Assembly (NCBI RefSeq): GCF_008000775.2
Contig: NZ_CP042905.2
Span: forward strand, 3,420,001-3,452,000
Direction of reading: 5' to 3'
Length of the DNA: 32,000 bases
Source of the DNA: Promethearchaeum syntrophicum
GTDB lineage: Archaea > Asgardarchaeota > Lokiarchaeia > Sigyniarchaeales > Promethearchaeaceae
Below are positions 1 to 8,880 of the stretch, piece by piece (within the stretch, counting starts at the first letter, position 1; each line of letters starts with the position of its first letter). The notes beneath the pieces are model-generated. The model worked only from the letters and a program-made list of their open reading frames with translations. It was not told the origin of the DNA and did not search any database. The position numbers were made by a program, and so were the translations under genes.

Positions 1-395
1 CCAAGAATGGTCTTGGAATTCGGATCTCACGCAAAGGAATGACAAATTTTTTTTCGATATGATCGGGCGAACCGAGTCACATAAAAAGAACATTGTTCTC
101 CAGTCCCCTTGGGATCCGCCTGCAACGAGTAGATTGGCGGTAATTATTATTTTGTCGGCAGATTATTTAATACTTTCGGAGTGCTAAGTGCTCCAAAAAG
201 TCTTTTGGTGATGGATTCCTAAGTATGAATTCCAAAATTACACAAATTCAAAGAGCTTTCCTTTTCTATAAGTAAAAATCATGTTTAAGATGAAAATGGC
301 GAAGGAGTTGAGTTGGAGAAATGACCTTCTTCAAAATAAAGCAAAAAATCGTAATTTAAGGAACTTCAAAAAAAAATATAATAAAAAATTAAATA

Positions 396-1520
396 TTATT
401 CTTCTACAGCAGCAGTAACATTACCTTTTATTGATTTCATATGGGCATAATATTCTTCTCTCATTAATTCTAATGCTTTTACCAATACATTTGAATTTTG
501 AGCCCGACTGCGGTATTGTTTTCGAATTGTGTCAACTAAATACCGGGGGTAGAATTTATCTATATAGAAATCACAAGTTAAGCAAAAGTATTCATTACCT
601 TTGTCATCTTTAAACACTGCAACCATTTTTGTTTCCCAAAAGGATTTTAATACTCTATCAACATCGTCTACTCCCTTTTTCCGTAATTTCTCTAAATCAT
701 TGCGAGTGACTATTGCTTCACGCATTAATTTTAACACTTCATAACATGCAGGATCCAATAATACTTTTTCAATGATTTCTATATTGTCTCGCTCACTTGG
801 TGTATAATGTTTGAAGAAATTACGAATTTCAGAGGTATATTCGCCCACTAACGATTGAGGTAGGTGTCTATCAACGGGATCCTTTATTAATTCTGCAGGA
901 GGGACTCTGAGAGCCATAATATCTTCAGAAAGAAATACTAAATCGGAAGACATGCCTTTGACAGAAGCAATTTTAGCAATCCCAAGTTTGACCATCGCAT
1001 TTAATATGTTTTCAATATCTACAAAACCTTCTTTGTACTGATCTTTTAACCATATAGAGATTTCAGATTTGGAAATGACACATTCTTCTCTGAGTCTCTC
1101 TAAAATCATACGTTTAATCTCGCTGTTTAGAAACATTCCATATCTCTGTTCTTCCTTTAGAGTTGGATAAACAGATAAGCGTTGGAATAAGGGAGGTAGA
1201 ATCGCATTCAAAGAATCCGACTCTAAATTCATAAGAATTTGACGTGTAATATCAGACAAACCCTCTTCATATACATCTCCATCTTCTTCCATGGATAGAA
1301 TCAGAATAACGTAAATTGCTGATTCTGGACCGGTATAATAGGAGGCCAGATTAACAGCGCCGGCTGCGATTGAAACTAACCCTGCTTCCCCAGTAAATTC
1401 GTGTTGGGAATAGAGTTGCATCAGTGTTTTTTCTTGAATTGTGGCTTCTTGTGGATAGGCCCCAAGTACTTCGACACCCATACGTTCATCCCAATGCATT
1501 ATGACTAATCCGGAAGGCAT
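396..1520 (-). CDS. Hypothetical cytosolic protein. The N-terminal ~110 aa show a longin/roadblock-like beta-beta-alpha-beta-beta-beta-alpha pattern, followed by two winged-helix-like segments.
   Basis: 374-aa ORF with no TM segments. GGAGGG lies 9 nt upstream of the ATG, inside the last codons of the upstream gene, and the gap to that gene's stop is 2 nt. The N-terminus (GLVIMHWD / VEVLGAYP / helix IQEKTLMQLYSQ / LVSIAAG / VNLASYYTG / IYVILILSMEE / helix LSDITRQILMNL) matches the longin strand/helix order by eye. The wHTH-like segments are IKRMILERLREECVISKSEISIWLK...VKLGIAKI and YEVLKLMREAIVTRNDLEKLRKKG...MVAVFKDDKGNEYF. The fold assignment is inference only. Confidence 0.55.
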   Translation of the reverse strand: MPSGLVIMHWDERMGVEVLGAYPQEATIQEKTLMQLYSQHEFTGEAGLVSIAAGAVNLASYYTGPESAIYVILILSMEEDGDVYEEGLSDITRQILMNLESDSLNAILPPLFQRLSVYPTLKEEQRYGMFLNSEIKRMILERLREECVISKSEISIWLKDQYKEGFVDIENILNAMVKLGIAKIASVKGMSSDLVFLSEDIMALRVPPAELIKDPVDRHLPQSLVGEYTSEIRNFFKHYTPSERDNIEIIEKVLLDPACYEVLKLMREAIVTRNDLEKLRKKGVDDVDRVLKSFWETKMVAVFKDDKGNEYFCLTCDFYIDKFYPRYLVDTIRKQYRSRAQNSNVLVKALELMREEYYAHMKSIKGNVTAAVEE

Positions 1521-1522
1521 TT

Positions 1523-4500
1523 TTAGATCCCTCCTGTAGCTTCTTCACTAGATGATAATAATTCATCACTAGGAACAGATTCTTTACCAATTCCAAGAAT
1601 CTCATTTAAATTCAAATCAAGTAATTTCCAATACTCATCAAATTTCTCAATAATTTCTTCGTTAGCTGAAACAGAGATATTGTCATCAGATATGGTCTTC
1701 TTTCCAGAAATATCGGATAAAACTTTGTTAATCATCTTAACAAATGCAGGAATTCGAGCATTTTGCACAAGTTTATACCCAACTAAAGATCCAACTAAAA
1801 TTACTACTGCTCCTACTCCCAATAACAGATAGAAGGTTGGAAAACCATCAAAGATTTCATCCATTTTAATGGTGATTGAAATAGTTTCTGATACTTCAGA
1901 ATAATGATCAGCAGTAATGGTTAAAGTTCCTTGGAAGGTATTATCACGGAAGAATGCATTTATTTGTTCCTTAGAATAGCTAACATTAGCAGTATACACA
2001 CCATCATTATCATCATCAGTTAGAGAAATTGGAGCTTTTCCGTCATTAAACGTTATTATTACTGTAGCATTCAATAAAGGATCTCCAGTAACATTATCTA
2101 CTAAATTCACCGAGAATATTAAAACGTTTCCAGCTACTTTAATTATACTTGGACCTTCGAAATCACCAAGTAAATCTACAGAAACTTCCCGTTTTTCAAT
2201 TGTTAGGAAAATCATTGCTTGTTTTTGTTCATAATTTAATTCTCCCAACGTTACTAATAAGATATAACTCCCCGCTTCCAAAATGGTAGTGTTGAAATCT
2301 AGTTTATATTGATCTCCATCTACAGTAATATTTCCTGTGCTTGGAAGATCTTCAGTTGAAGTGTCATCCCATGAAAACAATTGAATAGATGTATCCGTAA
2401 TAGATTGATTTGTAAACTCTTCAATATATTTAAAAGAAAATCCGAAGTTATCAGTCTCTTGTAGGTTTATAGACAGTGTATACAATCCAGATGCTGGATC
2501 GTTATCATTCAATTGAATCTGAGTTTCAATTTCTTTGATAGTTAATTGAAGATACTCTGGTAAACTAAAATGATTTGCTAGGTTAGCGTCAATTTTTAAA
2601 CTATAATCTCCCGCATAAGTAAAAATTGAAGTATTTACCTCAACTGAATACCATCCAAGACCTTTACTTATGTTTCTCTCTAATACTCCAGAAATTGTAG
2701 GATTAATAACTAAATTCCATGTAATAGTAGCATTATCCAAACCATCTCCAGATACTAGCTCTTCGAATTGCACATCAATACTGAAATTATCATTCCAATA
2801 TACATCAATTGATTCATCCTCAATATTTAAGCTAGTTGAAATTGCTGTTATGTCAAAATCAAAGTCATATATTTGTGTTTCATAATTTTGTAGAGTAGCT
2901 GAAATTTTAATATAAATTGTGCCAATTTCATTAAAAACTTCTGATGAATTTAGCTCAATATCATACCACCCATCATTATCATTATCAGTTAGGATACCAT
3001 TAATTTCAGGATTGCTTAAATCAACATAAGATACTTCCGCACCAAGAATTGGAAGATCATTAAAAGTATCATTGTAAAATACAGATAATGTTTTATTTTC
3101 TCGCCATTCAATTGAGGTTGGCATTCCACTATTAGGAGTTAATGTTGTATTAATGTTAGCTAATTGAATATTTGAAATACCTACCAGAGGTGTATAACCA
3201 TCTTTACTTACAGTCACCCTTAAAGTATATCCTATTCCAGCTAATAAATCAAATCCTTCCAATTGATAATCCAGAGTATTATAAGAATAACCATTTAAAT
3301 CTGTGTTAAGAAATACCCCTTCACCAACAATTTCATCCCTTGATTGAATTAGATAAGTTACATCAGCGCCATCAATTGGAATTGAATCATTATAGCTGTA
3401 AGTAATATTGTAAACTAAATTTTGACCCCAAATTGTATAAGTATTATTTTCATCATCTTTCCAATCCACGGGAGAGAGATCTGTCAAAGTCATGGAAGTA
3501 TTAAAATCATAAATCTGAGTAGTAATATTGTGATAGGATAACGATTCCATATTAATTTGAAGATCTTGGTAGAAAGGTGCACCACCTGTTGAAGAAATAT
3601 AGCGATTATTAGGTCCTAAGAATTTACAAGTGAAATTAATTTGGGTTAGGTCTGCTGTGAAATTTGTCCATCTTAAAGTAGCATTTCCATTAATATCCGT
3701 TAATTCTGAACCAATGGTTCCATAAGTTCCTGTAGAATTCTCTTCATAATTTATTAAAGCTCCAACAAGACTATCTCCATTAATTGATTCAAAATGCAAT
3801 ACCAAACTTGTCATATTTACCAAAAATGATACTATTTTGGTGTTCAGATATGTAGTTTCGGTGTGATTAATGGATACGATATGCTCTCCTAAGGAAAGAA
3901 TATTTGAACCTCCATAAGGAGCATAGGTTAGGTTAACTGTATACGTATCATTTAGAATACTGTAAAAAGTAACATTTCCATCATCATTTGTTAATTCTGA
4001 ATCTACGTAATTAAGTCCTGTTTCATTTAAAAGTGTGACATTCAAACCAGGAACATTGTTTCCATCATGGTCATACACATTAATAACAAAATTAAAGAAT
4101 CGAGATTCTTCTTCTCCAAGTGTAATTATTGGATCTGTTGTTAATGACTGATAATAATCATCAAAATAATCTTTAGCATTTGCAGCGTTCGTATATGAAT
4201 CAACATCACTTCTAAGATAAGACCAATAATCGACTGTTATTGAATACGTTGAACCGTAGCTCGCTGTATCTAAATTAGTTTCATTTCCAGGTATGAAATT
4301 AATTATATCATCTACATCGTTAACGCTTATTTTCCATTTTAATTCATCAAAAGTCATACTTGGATAATTTACTTGTTTGTTTGTAATAAATAACCCTAGG
4401 GCAGTGTAATAATTATTTCCATCAAAATCATGCAAAACAGTATAGTTTTCTGGTGTAAAATCAACATTAGAATGACCTTCATGCATTTGATCATCATAAA

Positions 4501-6157
4501 AATACCAATCTTGAGTAACTAATTGCCCATCATAAGTGTCCCAATTATAAAATGTATTCCAAGCAGCAAATTGATTTCCAACAATAGGATCTATAACTGA
4601 ATCCCAGAAATAGGTTCGATTTACTTTCCAAACATTTAAAGATCGATAAAACGACCATGTATCTTGTACTGTCATTGATATACCAGAAATTACAGTTGTG
4701 TCCTCCCATAAAACATCATAAACAGACATTACATCCCCTTTAATAACTTCACTTATACTATTTATTGATGAAACTCGGCCTGGTAGTTCTTTGGTTAGGT
4801 TTATATCATCTCCACTCAAGGCCGAACTATATATTCTTACTTCATCTAATGAACCGATCCACTCATTATTTGGACCTACAGTTCCATCAAAAGAATTTGC
4901 TTCAGAACCAGTACCTATAAAACCATATCTTGCAGGGTATGAACTATATCCAAGATCAAAACCAGAATGAGCACTTTCACTATCTTGATGTTCCCCATCA
5001 ACATATATGGATACAGTTTGTGAAACTGGATCATACAAAGCTGCAATATGATGCCAATTTCCATCATTAATAGTTATTGAAGGAGTAACATAAAAATCAT
5101 TGATATTGTTAGATTTTGTTGCCCATAATATCTGATTATTTCCAGTAACGGCTAATCTCCAATATTCTGAACGATCCCATGAGCCAATTATTCGTTCTCC
5201 ACTAGTACTGGTCGTTTTTATCCATGCCATTACGGTAATTCCTTCATTATATCCCATTCCACCATATAGACTTTCATCACCATTAACAGCATAATAATCA
5301 CCTGAACCATCCATAACGATAGCTTCACCGTACTTTCCAGGCTCATAAGTGGGATTACCATGTACTACATATCCAACTCCTGCACCACCCGGAACATTTC
5401 CAGTTTGTTCTTGTGGAGTATCATCATCAAAATTCCAATATCCTACCAAATTTTTCTCCAAATCAAGAACTCCAGGAGAAGTGGAATTATCATTAAATCG
5501 ATTTACTCCATAATTATCTTCTAGTTTGTAAGCACCGTAATATTCATCCATTTCCAAATGGTAATCTTTACCGAACGCATCATCCCAATCAACTGTCAAA
5601 TTATTTCCTGTTAAAGTAGTGCTAAAGGTGTTTCCAGATAAATCAACAGGATCGAATGTTTCTATAGGATCATAGTAAACATAATACATATTTGACCCTG
5701 GATTAAGGTTATTTTCAACAAATGTTATGGTAGCTTCATCCAAAAAGTCACCATTAAGTGTTGAATTCCAAACTTGACTCGGTATAGGAGTCCAAGTTTC
5801 ATCTTCACCACTAATGGAATACTTCACTATTCGGATTGAATCTTTATGGGCATTACCAGATGGAAATGTTAAAAATAAATCAATAGGTTTACTTTCTGAA
5901 AAGCTATTTGAGTTATTTATCTCAACACCTAGTCGGAATTGATAAGACTCATTCCACCAAGTTGATGGTATTTCTCCAGCAGAAGCAATAGGGTTATTTG
6001 TCAATCCTTCATCATTATTCATCAAGTTATTCGTATCTGCTATTTTTTCAACATTATCCGAATAATTTATATTTTGAAGAAGCGAAGATCCCATTGCTTG
6101 AATTAAGAGAAAAGATAAAATTATAAGAGAAATTCTCTTTTTATCATGTTTTTTCAT
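1523..6157 (-). CDS. Large secreted, membrane-anchored surface protein. It has a signal peptide, a LamG/concanavalin-A-like lectin domain, CarboxypepD_reg-like and Ig-like repeats, a C-terminal TM helix and an ~80-aa cytoplasmic tail.
   Basis: 1544-aa ORF with GGAG 8 nt upstream of the ATG. The N-terminus MKKHDKKRISLIILSFLLIQAMG looks like a signal peptide. LamG_3-type motifs are present: LVGYWNFDDD...GEAIVMDGSGDYYAV...VMAWIKT...GNWHHIAALYD...VSIYVDGE...GSLDEVRIYSSALS. Modules of the type NVYDHDGNNVPGLNVTLL...TNDDGNVTF...TYTVNLTY recur. I counted more than 30 N-x-S/T sequons by eye. The TM segment FPTFYLLLGVGAVVILVGSLVGYKLV lies near the C-terminus. Confidence 0.85.
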   Translation of the reverse strand: MKKHDKKRISLIILSFLLIQAMGSSLLQNINYSDNVEKIADTNNLMNNDEGLTNNPIASAGEIPSTWWNESYQFRLGVEINNSNSFSESKPIDLFLTFPSGNAHKDSIRIVKYSISGEDETWTPIPSQVWNSTLNGDFLDEATITFVENNLNPGSNMYYVYYDPIETFDPVDLSGNTFSTTLTGNNLTVDWDDAFGKDYHLEMDEYYGAYKLEDNYGVNRFNDNSTSPGVLDLEKNLVGYWNFDDDTPQEQTGNVPGGAGVGYVVHGNPTYEPGKYGEAIVMDGSGDYYAVNGDESLYGGMGYNEGITVMAWIKTTSTSGERIIGSWDRSEYWRLAVTGNNQILWATKSNNINDFYVTPSITINDGNWHHIAALYDPVSQTVSIYVDGEHQDSESAHSGFDLGYSSYPARYGFIGTGSEANSFDGTVGPNNEWIGSLDEVRIYSSALSGDDINLTKELPGRVSSINSISEVIKGDVMSVYDVLWEDTTVISGISMTVQDTWSFYRSLNVWKVNRTYFWDSVIDPIVGNQFAAWNTFYNWDTYDGQLVTQDWYFYDDQMHEGHSNVDFTPENYTVLHDFDGNNYYTALGLFITNKQVNYPSMTFDELKWKISVNDVDDIINFIPGNETNLDTASYGSTYSITVDYWSYLRSDVDSYTNAANAKDYFDDYYQSLTTDPIITLGEEESRFFNFVINVYDHDGNNVPGLNVTLLNETGLNYVDSELTNDDGNVTFYSILNDTYTVNLTYAPYGGSNILSLGEHIVSINHTETTYLNTKIVSFLVNMTSLVLHFESINGDSLVGALINYEENSTGTYGTIGSELTDINGNATLRWTNFTADLTQINFTCKFLGPNNRYISSTGGAPFYQDLQINMESLSYHNITTQIYDFNTSMTLTDLSPVDWKDDENNTYTIWGQNLVYNITYSYNDSIPIDGADVTYLIQSRDEIVGEGVFLNTDLNGYSYNTLDYQLEGFDLLAGIGYTLRVTVSKDGYTPLVGISNIQLANINTTLTPNSGMPTSIEWRENKTLSVFYNDTFNDLPILGAEVSYVDLSNPEINGILTDNDNDGWYDIELNSSEVFNEIGTIYIKISATLQNYETQIYDFDFDITAISTSLNIEDESIDVYWNDNFSIDVQFEELVSGDGLDNATITWNLVINPTISGVLERNISKGLGWYSVEVNTSIFTYAGDYSLKIDANLANHFSLPEYLQLTIKEIETQIQLNDNDPASGLYTLSINLQETDNFGFSFKYIEEFTNQSITDTSIQLFSWDDTSTEDLPSTGNITVDGDQYKLDFNTTILEAGSYILLVTLGELNYEQKQAMIFLTIEKREVSVDLLGDFEGPSIIKVAGNVLIFSVNLVDNVTGDPLLNATVIITFNDGKAPISLTDDDNDGVYTANVSYSKEQINAFFRDNTFQGTLTITADHYSEVSETISITIKMDEIFDGFPTFYLLLGVGAVVILVGSLVGYKLVQNARIPAFVKMINKVLSDISGKKTISDDNISVSANEEIIEKFDEYWKLLDLNLNEILGIGKESVPSDELLSSSEEATGGI

Positions 6158-6402
6158 ATTTAAATCTCCTAACTATCAATAAAAATATTGTAACCTAATA
6201 TATTTTTTATATTATGTAAATGATTGATTTTCAGCCTTAAAATTTATTTAATTGAAAAGTTTTGGGATTTTATTAAAAATTTTTTTCGATTTTTTAAAAA
6301 TTACTTAAAAACGGCATAAAGTTTGAAATTTCATATTTAAACCTAATTAACTCAAATAAATCATAAAGACAGATTTAAATTATTATGATATAAAATAATT
6401 AA

Positions 6403-6777
6403 ATGGAGATAAAAATGTTGGAAACTCAAAAAATTTTAATTATAGATGATGAGCCCATTTTACTTAAAATTTTAAGCAAATTTCTCCAAAAGCTTAATAT
6501 TCCTTCAGATACAGCAGAATCGGGAGAAATAGGAATAAAATTAGTTAAAAAAGAACCTTCTACATTTTCATACGCATTCATTGATTATAATTTACCTGGG
6601 CTTTCACCAAAAGAAATTATATCCCAAATTAGGAGTATAAATCCAAAAATTAAAATAATTCTTTCAACAGGTTATTCAGTTGAAGATATTAAAAGAGAAC
6701 TCCAACCAATAGAAATTGATGGAACCTTACAGAAACCCTTTACTTTCAATGATGTAAAAAAAGTTTTAGGAGAATAA
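6403..6777 (+). CDS. Stand-alone response-regulator receiver (CheY-like REC) domain protein.
   Basis: The REC signature residues are all present: ILIIDDEP (acidic pair), AFIDYNLPG (phospho-acceptor Asp), ILSTGY (Ser/Thr) and LQKPF (Lys). GGAG lies 7 nt upstream of the second ATG at 6415, so the true start is probably 6415 (MLETQKILIIDD...). Confidence 0.9.
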   Translation: MEIKMLETQKILIIDDEPILLKILSKFLQKLNIPSDTAESGEIGIKLVKKEPSTFSYAFIDYNLPGLSPKEIISQIRSINPKIKIILSTGYSVEDIKRELQPIEIDGTLQKPFTFNDVKKVLGE

Positions 6778-6785
6778 TTCAAAAT

Positions 6786-8831
6786 TCAATGAGATAATGC
6801 ATTTGCAATTTCAGTGATTAAATGCATTAATTTTGAGGATAAATCGCTCAAGGATTTTAATATTACATATTGATTTGGTTTATATATTTTTGATAAATAA
6901 GAACTCTGACTTGAATCAATACTAATTGCATAAAGTTTTACTCCCATCCTTTGTATTGAAAATATGGCTTTACGAGTATCTTCAATTGCTTTTGGTCCTA
7001 AATAAGAAGTACCGCCATGGTGTGGTTGTCCATCTGAAATAATGATTAAAATCGGTGTAGAGTTTGTAGATGATTGTGATTGAAAATGATTCTTAACAAC
7101 AGTCCGAAATGATGTTCCATCTCTGTTTTCATTAAAAGCAGAAGCGACACTAATGGATCCGACTTTTGAAGGATTTAATTGTTCGTTTATATCTTTATAG
7201 ATTTTTTCACAAATGGAATTTTTGGAATACTTTGCACCAAACCCAATGATAGCATAGGAAATCCTAGTATTTTTTAAGGATTCCGCTAAAATTATACAAG
7301 ATTCCCTTGCTATTTTTATTCTCATCCCATTCATTGATCCAGATTCATCTACCAATAAAACTAGCTGAGCACCTTTATCAAAATTATGATATTTAAAGGG
7401 AGATTTAAATTGACCTCTACTAATTTTGACTTGAGCTAAATCTCTACCACATACATAGCCCCTTCGTTGACCTCTACGCATATTTGTCGATTTTTTTATA
7501 GGTGAAAATTTAATTTTTAATTTCTGAATTAAAATTGAATGAGTATTTACGATTTTCTTATAAATTTCAGCGGGATTTCTTACATTATTCAAATTTTGAA
7601 TAGCTTTTTCATTTCTAAAGAATTCTATTGAAATTATATCATCAAAATTTCGTATTTCTGGAGAAATTTCTCTGAATTTACTTTTACAACTTTTTTTTTC
7701 CTTCATTTCTTGTAAAATGGAGAGAATTTCTTCTTTAGATATATTTAATTCTTCTGAATTATCTTCAATGAATTCTTGAAAGTCAACCGCAGAATCCAAT
7801 TTCTTGGATTTTAGACTTCCCCTAATTTTTTTGAGTATTTCTTGGGACTTTTTATTTAATCTTATAGATTGAATTCCACTCGATGAAAATTTTATTTGGG
7901 ATTTGAATTTTTTTGAAATTGTGGTTTGAATCTCTTTTATCAATTCATCTTTTTTAGAAGCTTTTTCAAGTTCCTTCTCTTTGGGTAATCTTGATTCTTT
8001 AAACCCTTTAATTTGTGATTTATCACCTTCTTCTTTGGAACTAGCTTCATTTTTAGAACTTGCTTCTTTTTTGGAACAAGTTTCTTCTTTCTTTTTTCTA
8101 TCTTCAAGTTTTGGAAAAAAATCATCTTTAGAATCAAAGTATTTAAGTATTGAATGAATTATTCGCTTCGTTGCTATTAGAGTGGCTGCAAATGTCTGAT
8201 GGCTGCGAATAAATTTTAATGAATTTGAAATTTCCCTCCAAAAAAGACCTAATTGGGAAGATTCAAATTTAAATTTCCCACCTTCCGATAAGAGAAGATC
8301 AAATAATAATTCAGAATGTTGACATCCCTCAAAAGATAAAAAATTGATTAATAATTCAATTGCTTCGGGTTCAAATTTTTTTTCAATGGGGAATTGGGCA
8401 ATTTTTTTAATTTTTTGAGATAGCAATCTTAAATTTAAAATATCTATTTCATCCCAAAACCCTGGAAATGTTTCTTTGAGTAATAGCTCGACTCTTGCAT
8501 CTTCACAAATATTTAAGATAATCTGAGCAAAGCGAGGATTTTTAGGAAAAAGTTCTTTAGGGATTTGTGGATCGTTGATACTTTTAAACCTTATATGACT
8601 CCCCTCATGAGCGGCTAAACCTTCCAAATCTTCAAATGTTAATGATTTATCGCTAAATGGTAAAAAAATATTTACGCCATCTGTTCTGGGAATTCCATTT
8701 TTTACTACACATTGTGGAGAATCTGAAACTCTTTGAGCAATATTCTTCAAAATTCGTTGATCCGATAATTTAATGGTGTTTAGTTTGTTTTTTAAAAACA
8801 ACGGGGTTGATTTCATTATAAATATTAACAA
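6786..8831 (-). CDS. VWA-domain protein with an N-terminal HExxH (putative metallopeptidase-like) region. It is the partner of the adjacent AAA_5/MoxR ATPase and resembles the NorD/CbbO/CobT or DUF2201 classes.
   Basis: The C-terminal VWA domain has a complete MIDAS: D-E-S-G-S at 7335..7349, then RDGTSF and ISDGQP. HEGSH lies at 8595..8609, followed by NICEDARVE. A Lys/Glu/Ser-rich low-complexity linker occupies residues ~246-300. The ORF-track start at 8831 is TTG. The ATG at 8816 (MKSTPLF...) lies ~28 nt from an 'aaatatataaa' TATA-like element and is the more likely start. Confidence 0.8.
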   Translation of the reverse strand: MLIFIMKSTPLFLKNKLNTIKLSDQRILKNIAQRVSDSPQCVVKNGIPRTDGVNIFLPFSDKSLTFEDLEGLAAHEGSHIRFKSINDPQIPKELFPKNPRFAQIILNICEDARVELLLKETFPGFWDEIDILNLRLLSQKIKKIAQFPIEKKFEPEAIELLINFLSFEGCQHSELLFDLLLSEGGKFKFESSQLGLFWREISNSLKFIRSHQTFAATLIATKRIIHSILKYFDSKDDFFPKLEDRKKKEETCSKKEASSKNEASSKEEGDKSQIKGFKESRLPKEKELEKASKKDELIKEIQTTISKKFKSQIKFSSSGIQSIRLNKKSQEILKKIRGSLKSKKLDSAVDFQEFIEDNSEELNISKEEILSILQEMKEKKSCKSKFREISPEIRNFDDIISIEFFRNEKAIQNLNNVRNPAEIYKKIVNTHSILIQKLKIKFSPIKKSTNMRRGQRRGYVCGRDLAQVKISRGQFKSPFKYHNFDKGAQLVLLVDESGSMNGMRIKIARESCIILAESLKNTRISYAIIGFGAKYSKNSICEKIYKDINEQLNPSKVGSISVASAFNENRDGTSFRTVVKNHFQSQSSTNSTPILIIISDGQPHHGGTSYLGPKAIEDTRKAIFSIQRMGVKLYAISIDSSQSSYLSKIYKPNQYVILKSLSDLSSKLMHLITEIANALSH

Positions 8832-8880
8832 AAAGGAGTTTATATATTTCGATAAAAATTATCAAACAATTACTTCTTAG
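8832..8880. promoter_or_regulatory. Compact divergent promoter region between the VWA gene and the AAA_5 ATPase gene.
   Basis: The spacer is 49 bp. It contains tttatatattt (8839..8849) and gataaaaattatc (8851..8863; GATAA-N3-TTATC inverted repeat). Spacing to ATG 8816 on the minus strand and GTG 8881 on the plus strand fits TATA boxes ~24-28 nt upstream of leaderless starts. This is based on pattern only. Confidence 0.3.

Noticed and set aside
195-260. Possible C/D-box sRNA (gtgatgg resembling a C box) in the region downstream of the 374-aa gene's 3' end.
   Set aside because: There is no matching D box (CTGA) at the appropriate distance and no terminal stem. A single degenerate 7-mer in AT-rich DNA is not evidence.
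431-613. 60-aa plus-strand ORF.
   Set aside because: It is antisense within the 374-aa gene.
2670-2885. 71-aa plus-strand ORF.
   Set aside because: It is antisense within the 1544-aa surface-protein gene.
7940-8137. 65-aa Lys-rich minus-strand ORF inside the VWA gene.
   Set aside because: It is an alternative frame of the K/E-rich repeat region of the longer VWA ORF, so it is a low-complexity artefact.
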